From the NCBI GenBank assembly GCA_964492965.1, contig CAZBME010000001.1, positions 210,705 to 274,704 of the forward strand: a stretch of DNA of 64,000 nt, written 5' to 3'. The notes below the pieces were generated by a model. The model was not told the origin of the DNA, ran no database searches, and saw only the letters and a program-made list of their open reading frames with translations. Both the position numbers and the translations under genes were made by a program. The DNA is from an uncultured Syntrophaceae bacterium (lineage in GTDB: Bacteria > Desulfobacterota > Syntrophia > Syntrophales > UBA8958). Each line of letters starts with the position of its first letter. The stretch's first letter is position 1. This document shows positions 1 through 8,342 of this stretch, in pieces.

Positions 1-640
1 GTCGCTTGTCCCGGCTTAGAAAGCGCCTGCCCATGATGTCCGAATTCAGATTGACGGCTATTACGATATCCGCCCCCATGTATCGGCATAAAGATACGGG
101 AATCGGGTTGACGAGTCCCCCATCTACCAGCCATTCCGTTCCCCTTTGAAATGGCGTCAGAATCCCCGGCATGGACATGCTCGCCCGGATAGCATCCATC
201 AACGAACCATCCTGCAGCCATACTTCTTTCCCCGAGTTCAGTTCCGTGGCCACAGCAGCAAAGGGTATAGGCAATTCCTCAATCTGTAAGTCCGTCATCC
301 TTTCACGCAAATACCTGGTCAGACGGTCGCCTTCAAAGAGCCCCGCCCGCGGCAGGTTCACATCCATGAAGCTGATGATATCCGGCCAGGTCAGCTTACG
401 GACCCAAGCCTCCAGGGAATCGATAAATCCAGCGGCAAAAGCGCCTGCGACCATGGCCCCCATTGATGTCCCGGATACGATATCGATCTGAATGCCGGCT
501 TCTTTTATAGCCTTGATCACCCCCAGATGTGACCATCCACGGGCAGATCCGCTGCCCAGGGCCAAACCGATTTTTTTTGCCGGAGGCATAACAGATGGCA
601 AATCCTGCTCATTCTTCTTCTGGGCGGCCCCTTTTTTCAA
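1..640 (-). CDS. patatin-like phospholipase (RssA-type); the C-terminal end runs off the window start
   Basis: My minus-strand translation reads MPPAKKIGLALGSGSARGWSHLGVIKAIKEAGIQIDIVSGTSMGAMVAGAFAAG...LVDGGLVNPIPV. It contains the GxGxxG oxyanion loop, the GxSxG nucleophile elbow and the DGG motif. A TTG at 640 is preceded by GGAGAG, and an alternative ATG lies at 589. The track ORF 171..491(+) is antisense to this gene. Confidence 0.85.
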   Translation of the reverse strand, partial: MKKGAAQKKNEQDLPSVMPPAKKIGLALGSGSARGWSHLGVIKAIKEAGIQIDIVSGTSMGAMVAGAFAAGFIDSLEAWVRKLTWPDIISFMDVNLPRAGLFEGDRLTRYLRERMTDLQIEELPIPFAAVATELNSGKEVWLQDGSLMDAIRASMSMPGILTPFQRGTEWLVDGGLVNPIPVSLCRYMGADIVIAVNLNSDIMGRRFLSRDKR

Positions 641-844
641 TTGATTCTCTCCTTGATTGTTACGAATTGTAACATGGCCCATCCGGCAATTAAGGGTTTC
701 TCTGCAAATGACAGACCGAATGTCCGCCGGCACTCATTTATACTAAAATGCCTCTGAAAAGGCCAGTGTTTTATAACGGTTGACAAGGTTCTATGGATTA
801 CGTTATGGATTCCCAGCACAATAACTATTGCGGAGGTCTGTTAC

Positions 845-2278
845 ATGGTTGCCCATTATTCCGGAAGAAAGCTTTTACTAAAGACCGCCATATACATTCT
901 GCTCGGCCTGATTTTCCTTGGCGTATCTCCATATCGCGCAGATGCGGCACCTGCTAAAATGCAGGCGACACTGGCATCATTTGCCGATCTCGTTGAAAAA
1001 TTGAGCCCATCGGTCGTTAATATCAGTACGATCCAAACGGTTAAATCCGGCGGCGGCCCTGCGAATAATGCCCCCTTCGGCTTCTTTGGCAATGATGAGT
1101 TGTTTCAGCGCTTTTTCGGGCAGATGCCGGAGCGTGAACATAAAAAAAATAGCCTTGGATCCGGTTTCATCATTTCCAATGACGGTTATATCTTCACCAA
1201 TCACCACGTTGTAGCCAAGGCCGACAAAATCAAGGTCAAACTCGCAAACGGCAAGGAATATGACGCAGAGATCAAGGGTAGAGACCCCAATACGGATCTG
1301 GCCCTTATCAAGATCAAAACAAACGAGAACCTGCCCGCCATAACCCTGGGTGACTCCGATAAACTCCGTGTCGGTGACTGGGTATTCGCCATCGGCAATC
1401 CCTACGGTCTTGAACATACAGTGACCGCCGGCATTGTCAGTGCCAAAGGCAGGGCTCTGGGCTCCGGCCCTTATGATAACTTCATCCAGACGGATGCCTC
1501 CATCAACCCGGGCAACAGCGGCGGTCCTCTTTTCAACCTTAACGGTGAAGTCGTGGGCATCAATACGGCTATTATCGCCCAGGCTCAGGGAATCGGGTTC
1601 TCCGTCCCCGTTAATATGGCAAAAAGCATCCTCTCCGATTTAAAAACGAAAGGTTCCGTGACCCGCGGCTGGCTGGGTGTCTCCATTCAAAACATAACCC
1701 CGGACATAGCAGAAAACATGAAGCTAGGCGATAAGAAGGGCGCTCTGGTCGGCCAGGTCTTTGAAGGAGATCCTGCCGACAAGGCCGGCATTAAAACAGG
1801 GGACATCATTATTGCCATAGACGGGCGCCCCATCCAGGACACCCAGGAGCTATTGAGAATCGTTGCAGCCCTGCCCGTCGGTAAAACGGTAGCAATAAAG
1901 GTTTTAAGGGAAGGCTCAACGAAATCGCTGTCCCTGGTCATCGCGGAAAGGAAGGAAACAAGAACGATGGCGAAGGCCGGCAACACCAGCGAACAGCTCG
2001 GTATGGCCGTTCAGGAAATCACACCGGAAATGGCCAGGCACTTTGGGCTTTCAGGGAAGGAAGGCGTTATCGTGACTGACGTCAAAAGGGGAAGCCCGGC
2101 CGATGAGGGTGGGCTGAAGCCCCAAGACATTATTCTTCAGATTAACCGGATTAATATAAATACCCTGAAGGATTTCCTGGGGGAAATAACGCGAAGCGGC
2201 AAGAATGAGTCCCTGATGTTTCTTGTCAAAAGAGAAGACAACACCATGTTTCTAACGATCAGGAACATTCAGAAGTAA
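845..2278 (+). CDS. htrA: periplasmic serine endoprotease of the HtrA/DegP/DegQ family (trypsin domain plus two PDZ domains)
   Basis: The protein has a signal-like N-terminus and the catalytic triad context HHVV...D...GNSGGPL. Two PDZ-like C-terminal repeats are present (GALVGQV...GDIIIAIDG and GVIVTDV...QDIILQIN). GGAGG lies 8 nt upstream of the ATG. Confidence 0.93.
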   Translation: MVAHYSGRKLLLKTAIYILLGLIFLGVSPYRADAAPAKMQATLASFADLVEKLSPSVVNISTIQTVKSGGGPANNAPFGFFGNDELFQRFFGQMPEREHKKNSLGSGFIISNDGYIFTNHHVVAKADKIKVKLANGKEYDAEIKGRDPNTDLALIKIKTNENLPAITLGDSDKLRVGDWVFAIGNPYGLEHTVTAGIVSAKGRALGSGPYDNFIQTDASINPGNSGGPLFNLNGEVVGINTAIIAQAQGIGFSVPVNMAKSILSDLKTKGSVTRGWLGVSIQNITPDIAENMKLGDKKGALVGQVFEGDPADKAGIKTGDIIIAIDGRPIQDTQELLRIVAALPVGKTVAIKVLREGSTKSLSLVIAERKETRTMAKAGNTSEQLGMAVQEITPEMARHFGLSGKEGVIVTDVKRGSPADEGGLKPQDIILQINRININTLKDFLGEITRSGKNESLMFLVKREDNTMFLTIRNIQK

Positions 2279-2301
2279 ATATATGACAGGACCCGGTACC
2301 C

Positions 2302-3222
2302 TTGATTAAAATATCGGCCCTTTTCAGCAACCGTAATTTTATATTCCTGCTGGCCATCTTTGCTGGCCTGATTGCCTATCATGGCGCCGACTGGACGGAG
2401 CCCCTTGTTATCCCGGGTCTTGCGATTGTAATGACTATTTCGACCCTGGGCATTCCGAACAGCGTCTTCCGTTCACCCCGCTCTCTCATCATTCCGGCTC
2501 TCAAGGGCATTCTGATGAATTATCTGATCCTTGCCACAGTCATCATTGCCCTCAGCGCCCTGTTGATACGTGATGAAGCTCTCCGGGTGGGATTCATCCT
2601 CGTTGCCGCCGTCCCTCCTGCCGTTGCCGTGATTCCGTTCGCCAATTTACTGGAAGGAGATCAAACGCTGGCCCTTATCGGGACCGTAGGGGCTTATATG
2701 GCTGCGTTAATCGTGATGCCTGCCATCACCCTCAATCTTATCGGCGCATCCTTTATAGAACCCTGGAAACTGGCCACCGTGATGCTGGAGTTGATCGTCC
2801 TGCCCCTTCTTGTATCACGACTGCTCCTCTGGAAAGGCTGGCACAAGCCCCTGGCCCGCCCCAGCGGTGCATTGACCAATTGGAGCTTTTTCATCGTTCT
2901 TTATACAATCATTGGTCTGAATCGCACCGCCCTTGTCAGTCAGCCTCTTGCTATTATGCCCGTCATTCTTATCACTTTTGTCGGGATCTTCCTCATGGGG
3001 TATCTGATTGAGCTCATCGGCCGCTATTATCACATCCCCCAGGAAACCCTCACCAGCCTCAACCTTCTGGGAACGCTCAAGAATTATGGACTCTCCGGCG
3101 GTCTGGCCCTGACTTTTTTCAACCGGGAAGCTTCCCTGCCGTCAGCGGTCGGCACCATATTTCTCATTGTTTATATTGTCTGGCTGGACTTTCGCCGGAA
3201 GAAATATAAGGCAAGGGCTTAA
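2302..3222 (+). CDS. polytopic membrane permease (bile acid:Na+ symporter / AEC-like fold); substrate unknown
   Basis: The 306-aa protein is very hydrophobic with about 9-10 predicted TM segments and uses a TTG start. The family assignment rests on general resemblance only. Confidence 0.6.
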   Translation: MIKISALFSNRNFIFLLAIFAGLIAYHGADWTEPLVIPGLAIVMTISTLGIPNSVFRSPRSLIIPALKGILMNYLILATVIIALSALLIRDEALRVGFILVAAVPPAVAVIPFANLLEGDQTLALIGTVGAYMAALIVMPAITLNLIGASFIEPWKLATVMLELIVLPLLVSRLLLWKGWHKPLARPSGALTNWSFFIVLYTIIGLNRTALVSQPLAIMPVILITFVGIFLMGYLIELIGRYYHIPQETLTSLNLLGTLKNYGLSGGLALTFFNREASLPSAVGTIFLIVYIVWLDFRRKKYKARA

Positions 3223-3288
3223 AAGGACTTGCCAAAACCATTAACGTGTCTTAACTTAGAGAAAATTTAACGACGGAAGGAGAGAACT

Positions 3289-3882
3289 ATGGCTATTTTA
3301 TTACCGGATTTACCTTACGCAAAAGATGCCCTCGCGCCTTATATTACTGCAAACACATTGGATTTCCACCATGGCAAGCACCACAAGGCCTACGTGGATA
3401 ATGCCAATAAACTGGTCGCGGGAACAGAACTGGAATCGCTGTCGCTTGAGGATATCATCCGCAAAACCGCCGGTGATGCAGCCAAAGCCGGCATCTTCAA
3501 CAACACGGCCCAGATCTGGAACCACTCCTTTTACTGGCAATGCCTGAAACCGGCTGGCGGAGGCCTGCCCACGGGTCCCATTGGCGAAAATATCATTGCC
3601 GTGTGGGGCAGTTATGACAAATTTGTCGAAGAGTTGAAAACAGCCGGGACCACGCAATTCGGCAGCGGTTGGGCCTGGTTGGTGCTTGACAATGGCCAGC
3701 TCAAGATTACCAAAACGGCCAATGCCGATACACCCATTGCCCACGGACTGAAACCCCTGTTGACCATTGACGTCTGGGAACATGCCTATTACCTGGACTA
3801 CCAGAACAGGCGTCCCGATTATCTCGCAACCGTCATCGACAAACTGATTAACTGGGATTTCGCAAACGCCAATATGCGTTAA
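3289..3882 (+). CDS. sodB: iron superoxide dismutase
   Basis: Motifs LPDLPYAKDALAPYI, FHHGKHH, the Fe-type signature FNNTAQIWNHSFYW, and DVWEHAYYLDYQNRRPDY are present. GGAGAG SD precedes the start. Confidence 0.95.
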   Translation: MAILLPDLPYAKDALAPYITANTLDFHHGKHHKAYVDNANKLVAGTELESLSLEDIIRKTAGDAAKAGIFNNTAQIWNHSFYWQCLKPAGGGLPTGPIGENIIAVWGSYDKFVEELKTAGTTQFGSGWAWLVLDNGQLKITKTANADTPIAHGLKPLLTIDVWEHAYYLDYQNRRPDYLATVIDKLINWDFANANMR

Positions 3883-3890
3883 CAAACCTC

Positions 3891-3932
3891 GTGCGGATGA
3901 TCATGGATGTAAAGATCATCCGCACTTTTTTT
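3891..3932 (+). terminator. Rho-independent terminator of sodB
   Basis: GTGCGGATGATC-(11 nt loop)-GATCATCCGCAC forms a perfect 12-bp stem and is followed by TTTTTTT. Confidence 0.9.
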
Positions 3933-3994
3933 CACCGGCGATAAGATGAAAAGCATTTAAGTTCAATTAAATTGTTACAGGACTTGAGCAGATA

Positions 3995-4687
3995 TTGAAG
4001 GAAGACATCCCTCATTATAGAGGCCACAGAAGCCGCCTGAAGGAAAAGTTTGTTCATTCCGGCGTTGAGTCCTTTCATGATTATGAAGTCCTCGAACTGC
4101 TGCTTGGCTACGCCATCCCTCAAAAAGACGTCAAGCCCCTGGCAAAAACGCTCTTGAACACCTTCGGCGGCATCAAGGGGGTGTCTGATGCGGATATTGA
4201 AACGCTTTGCACTGTATCAGGAATCAGCAATCACACGGCTATCCTGATTAAATTGATTAAAGAGATCAGTGGTCTGTATCTGAAAGATCATGCCAAGGGA
4301 AAAACTCAGATTTCCTGTACGTCAGAACTCCTCAACTACTGCAAAACGAGGATGGGAGGCCTTAAAGACGAGCAGTTTTGTGTAATCTACCTTGACGCCC
4401 AGAACCAGCTCATCGACATGGAAACCATCCAGGAAGGCATCGTCAACCAGGCCGTCGTGTACCCTCGGCAGGTTCTTGAGAATGCCCTGCGGCAAAAGGC
4501 GTCGGCGATAATTCTTGTTCACAACCACCCATCAGGGCATGTCAGGCCTTCTGATGCTGATATCCGCCTTACCAGAACCATTCAGGAAGCCGCCCGAATG
4601 CTGGAAATCCTCGTTCACGATCATGTGATCATCGGCGAAAACCGATTCTTCAGCTTTCGGGAAGAAGGCATCATGGCATCCAGCTAG
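3995..4687 (+). CDS. radC: RadC-like JAB/MPN domain protein (UPF0758)
   Basis: The C-terminal JAMM-type motif HNHPSGHVRPSDADIRLT is present, with an N-terminal HhH-like region. The start codon is TTG. Confidence 0.88.
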   Translation: MKEDIPHYRGHRSRLKEKFVHSGVESFHDYEVLELLLGYAIPQKDVKPLAKTLLNTFGGIKGVSDADIETLCTVSGISNHTAILIKLIKEISGLYLKDHAKGKTQISCTSELLNYCKTRMGGLKDEQFCVIYLDAQNQLIDMETIQEGIVNQAVVYPRQVLENALRQKASAIILVHNHPSGHVRPSDADIRLTRTIQEAARMLEILVHDHVIIGENRFFSFREEGIMASS

Positions 4688-4809
4688 AATCCTGCCCTCA
4701 TATTAAAGCTTCAGGGAAAATCAATCTTGCCAGCATCGGGAATTTCTGATAGGTCTCGCAACAATCAACAAAAGGCGTTTTTTCTACTGGAAAGAGAAGG
4801 TTACTTGCC

Positions 4810-5799
4810 ATGGCACGGGATACATCACTGAATAAAGCAATAGAGGTCTTGCAGGTCGAAGCGGACAGTATTCTAAAGCTGATCGACAAGCTGGATGATA
4901 ACTTTACCAGGGCCGTGGAAACCATCTACAAATCCAAGGGCCGCGTTATTGTCACAGGCATCGGTAAATCAGGAATCATCGGCAGGAAAATTGCTGCCAC
5001 GCTAACCAGCACAGGAACACCGGCAATATTTCTTCACCCCGTAGAAGGGATGCACGGGGATCTCGGCATCGTCACCAAGGATGACATCATGATCGCCATC
5101 TCCAACAGCGGAGAAACGCAGGAACTAAACATGATCGTCCACAGTGTCCGGCAGATCGGGGGCTCACTGATCGTCTTCACAGGAAATCCCAAATCGACGC
5201 TGGCCCAATGCAGCGATATTGTCGTGGATGTTGGTGTGGAACGCGAGGCCTGCCCCTTCGGGCTGGCCCCGACCTCGAGTTCCACGGCAACCCTGGCCAT
5301 GGGGGATGCCCTGGCGGTGGCCCTGATCGATAAGCACAATTTCAGTGAAAATGATTTCTATAAATTCCACCCGGGCGGAACTCTCGGATTGCGCCTTCTC
5401 GAAAAAGTGCGTGATATTATGATTCGCGGAACGCAGATTCCTAAAGTCCTATCCGGGACACCGGTTGCCCAGGCTATCGAAACGATGGATGAACTCAACA
5501 AAGGTTTTGTTCTGATTACAGACGAAAAGGGAATTCTGATGGGAATCCTCACGGATGGAGACCTTCGGCGCCTTGTGAGGGGTGGGCGGCATCTGAAGGA
5601 TCAGCCTATCGATAACCTTATGACGAAAAACCCCAAGAGCATTGATGAAAACACGTCTCTTGCGGCCACCCTTGAGGCAATGCAGAAGGATGAAATTACT
5701 ACCTTTGTGGTCGTTAACGGCCAGAACAAGCTAAAAGGCTATGTCCATCTCCACGATATCCTCGGCCGGGGAGGAAGCCTGAAGATGTCCATCTTCTAG
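4810..5799 (+). CDS. kdsD: arabinose-5-phosphate isomerase (KpsF/GutQ/KdsD family; SIS domain plus CBS pair)
   Basis: The SIS motif VTGIGKSGIIGRKIAATLTSTGTPA...ISNSGET is followed by two CBS repeats. Confidence 0.9.
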   Translation: MARDTSLNKAIEVLQVEADSILKLIDKLDDNFTRAVETIYKSKGRVIVTGIGKSGIIGRKIAATLTSTGTPAIFLHPVEGMHGDLGIVTKDDIMIAISNSGETQELNMIVHSVRQIGGSLIVFTGNPKSTLAQCSDIVVDVGVEREACPFGLAPTSSSTATLAMGDALAVALIDKHNFSENDFYKFHPGGTLGLRLLEKVRDIMIRGTQIPKVLSGTPVAQAIETMDELNKGFVLITDEKGILMGILTDGDLRRLVRGGRHLKDQPIDNLMTKNPKSIDENTSLAATLEAMQKDEITTFVVVNGQNKLKGYVHLHDILGRGGSLKMSIF

Positions 5800-5804
5800 A
5801 TAAT

Positions 5805-6470
5805 TCAGCGCTTCAGATGGATCTCGTTTTTGTCGTAATCGATGGTCATCTTGAAATCGGAGAAAAAGCTCAATCCCAAAAGGCCGTCGTAATTGGGATG
5901 GTCATACATTTCGTCTATATAACTCGCCTGGACATATCTTTTCACGGCCCCGCCAAGATCAATTTTTTCAATAAATACCTCATGGGCTTCGACAACACCC
6001 GCTGCGGTTACAGCCTTCCCTTTTCTCGGATTGGCGGGTAAATTCTGGTTCAGCTTCTTCAACAGCTTCACATTGATTTTCACCGTCGTCGCCCCTGTAT
6101 CCACAATCATCCTGGCAGGCAGGTGATCATTTATGACCAGATCGACAAGCATGCCGCCATAGGCCCTTTTGAATGGGATAATAAACTCCCGCCCCCGTTC
6201 CTCCCCCGTGATATTTGGCGGTACAGAGGTACCTTCGCGCATCTTTGAAACTTTGACGTCCTTCCCTTTCGAACCGGATGACTGTGGCGGTTGATCTGAA
6301 TAATGGGCAACGCCGTCTTCATCGATCCAGCGATAGAGATCTGCGCCCATCGATAAATTTGGATCAATAAGGGCAGTGCATAGGATTCCTGCTGCAAGTA
6401 TGGTTCGATAAATTCCCGATTTGAAGAGAAGCATCAATTTGGCCTCCTGCCTAATCTTCTCAAGAAACAA
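5805..6470 (-). CDS. secreted retropepsin-like (clan AA) aspartic protease with an N-terminal DUF4124-like segment
   Basis: The protein has a signal/TM N-terminus, LYRWIDEDGVAHYSDQPP (DUF4124-like), and MIVDTGATTV (a D-T/S-G aspartyl protease signature). Confidence 0.75.
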   Translation of the reverse strand: MFLEKIRQEAKLMLLFKSGIYRTILAAGILCTALIDPNLSMGADLYRWIDEDGVAHYSDQPPQSSGSKGKDVKVSKMREGTSVPPNITGEERGREFIIPFKRAYGGMLVDLVINDHLPARMIVDTGATTVKINVKLLKKLNQNLPANPRKGKAVTAAGVVEAHEVFIEKIDLGGAVKRYVQASYIDEMYDHPNYDGLLGLSFFSDFKMTIDYDKNEIHLKR

Positions 6471-6530
6471 ACAACGATAGGGTTCTACAAGAAAGGGGTT
6501 ACGCCATCCAGCATAACCCCTTGATTTCCA

Positions 6531-6605
6531 TGGTAGGCGGTACTGGGATTGAACCAGTGACTTCTACCGTGTGAAGGTAGCACTCTCCCGCTGAGTTAAC
6601 CGCCC
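6531..6605 (-). tRNA. tRNA-Val (anticodon CAC)
   Basis: The reverse complement GGGCGGTTAACTCAGCGGGAGAGTGCTACCTTCACACGGTAGAAGTCACTGGTTCAATCCCAGTACCGCCTACCA folds as a cloverleaf. It has a 7-bp acceptor stem, a CTACC/GGTAG anticodon stem, the loop TTCACAC, a GGTTCAATCC T-loop and an encoded CCA. Confidence 0.93.
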
Positions 6606-6676
6606 GTTGTTTGAGGTCTATAGCCTAAAGAGCCGCTCTTTTCAAGAGAAATAATGCCCCGGCAACCTCAATATTC

Positions 6677-6928
6677 TCAAACAACCTTCAACGCCGGTTC
6701 ATCATGGCAAAGAGAGAGTATCAGCATCAGGAGAAATGCAATGAGCGGCAGGATTTTCTGCAGCCAGAAAGGAAGTTTATCCGTCCCCGTTTTCTGCAAA
6801 TCGTTTCTTCGGGGTTCCTCTTTTTGTGCAGCGTTGGAAGAAGCCGCGATGAACTGCGAGTTGGATCTGGCTTCCAGCTTGAGCATTTCCTTCCTGAATT
6901 CCGCCATGTTCTTTTTCATGCGCCCCAT
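6677..6928 (-). CDS. small hypothetical protein with a C-terminal transmembrane helix
   Basis: I trimmed track ORF 6677..6964 to the ATG at 6928, which follows GGAGGG by 6 nt. The product has a charged N-terminal half and a hydrophobic tail (LPLIAFLLMLILSL). I recognise no family. Confidence 0.4.
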   Translation of the reverse strand: MGRMKKNMAEFRKEMLKLEARSNSQFIAASSNAAQKEEPRRNDLQKTGTDKLPFWLQKILPLIAFLLMLILSLCHDEPALKVV

Positions 6929-7005
6929 GAACCACCCTCCGCCACAGTAAAGACAAGTCTTCATTTAATCGCAAATGCAACAAATATCAAGAAGCATAAT
7001 GTCAC

Positions 7006-7045
7006 ACAAAAAAAGCCCCACTCCAAATGGAGCAGGGCTTTTTTT
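7006..7045 (-). terminator. Rho-independent (bidirectional-looking) terminator after the thiolase gene
   Basis: On the minus strand, AGCCCTGCTCC-ATTT-GGAGTGGGGCT is followed by TTTTTTT. A T-run also follows it on the plus strand. Confidence 0.7.
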
Positions 7046-7063
7046 GTAACGTTGTGTTGGCAA

Positions 7064-8260
7064 CTAAATCATTTCATAGATCCCGGCAGCACCCATACCG
7101 CCACCGATACACATGGAAACGATGCCGCGCTTTCCCTTGCGGCGCTTCAGCTCATGAAGCAACTGGGCCGTCAATTTTGCGCCGGTGCATCCCAGGGGAT
7201 GACCCAGAGCGATGGCCCCGCCGTTCGGATTGATATCCCCCGCCCAGTAACGGTCTTCGATACCGACTTCGCGGCAGGAATAGATGGCCTGGGAAGCGAA
7301 GGCCTCGTTGATTTCATAGACATCGATATCTTTGGTCGTCAATCCCGCCATCTTCAAAACCTTCGGAATGGCGTAGGCCGGACCGACACCCATTTCTTCG
7401 GCCTTGCAGCCGGCAACGGCAAAGTGAGACAGCCGCGCCAAGGGTTTCAGTCCCAGAGCCTTGGCCTTATCCGCCGTCATAATGATACAAAATGCAGCGC
7501 CGTCCGTCATCTGGGAAGCATTACCTGCCGTAACGGAACCTCCCAGCTTGAAGGGCGACTTCAGTTTGCCCAGATCTTCCACGGTGGTCGGCCAGCGGAC
7601 ACCATCATCCATATCGAAAACGAAAGCCTCGCGAACACGCTTTCCGCTTTTGGTGACCTTGTACTTCTGGGCCGTAATGGGGATGATTTCATCCTTGAAT
7701 TTTCCCGCCTGAATGGCTTCATGAGCCCGGCGATTACTCTCCACGCCGAACTTATCCTGGTCTTCACGGGAAACATTGTGGTTTGCCGCCACGTTTTCCG
7801 CCGTGATGCCCATGTTGACATAAACATAGGGCACGCTGCCGTCAAACTTCCAGCCGGGCAGAGGACGCATAGCTGCCCCACCCATGGGGATGTGGGACAT
7901 AGTTTCGCAACCGCCGGCAATGATGACTTCCGACCAGCCTGCCCGTATTTTCGCCGTGGCGTCGGCAATAGCCTGAATACCTGATGAACAAAAACGATTG
8001 ACCACCATGCCGGAACAAGAAATCGGCAAACCCGCTCCCATAGCCAGGATTCTTCCGAGATTCATTCCCGTCTCTGCTTCTGGGAAGGAACAGCCGACAA
8101 TCAGATCATCCACATCCGCCGGATTCAACTGGGGAACCCGGGCCATCAGGCCCTTGATTACCTGAAGACCATACTCTTCCGCACGCGTTGCGGCCAGACC
8201 GCCTCTTTTGTAGCGTCCACCGGGACTTCTTACAGCTTCGACAATAACAGCATCGATCAT
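7064..8260 (-). CDS. fadA: 3-ketoacyl-CoA thiolase (acetyl-CoA C-acyltransferase)
   Basis: Thiolase motifs are present: NRFCSSGIQAIA (nucleophilic Cys), NPNGGAIALGHPLGCTGA, and the C-terminal CIGGGMGAAG. Confidence 0.93.
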   Translation of the reverse strand: MIDAVIVEAVRSPGGRYKRGGLAATRAEEYGLQVIKGLMARVPQLNPADVDDLIVGCSFPEAETGMNLGRILAMGAGLPISCSGMVVNRFCSSGIQAIADATAKIRAGWSEVIIAGGCETMSHIPMGGAAMRPLPGWKFDGSVPYVYVNMGITAENVAANHNVSREDQDKFGVESNRRAHEAIQAGKFKDEIIPITAQKYKVTKSGKRVREAFVFDMDDGVRWPTTVEDLGKLKSPFKLGGSVTAGNASQMTDGAAFCIIMTADKAKALGLKPLARLSHFAVAGCKAEEMGVGPAYAIPKVLKMAGLTTKDIDVYEINEAFASQAIYSCREVGIEDRYWAGDINPNGGAIALGHPLGCTGAKLTAQLLHELKRRKGKRGIVSMCIGGGMGAAGIYEMI

Positions 8261-8342
8261 GATATTCCTCCTTCAATTCTTGAAGGGGCGGCGTCAGGTC
8301 CCTTTCGGCCGATCCTGCCGCCGCTCCCGTTTTAGTTTATTG

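Noticed and set aside
171-491. The track reports a 106-aa plus-strand ORF at the window start.
   Set aside because: The opposite strand encodes an uninterrupted patatin-like protein with GxGxxG, GTSMG and DGG motifs that runs off the window. It is absent from the track only because it has no in-window stop.
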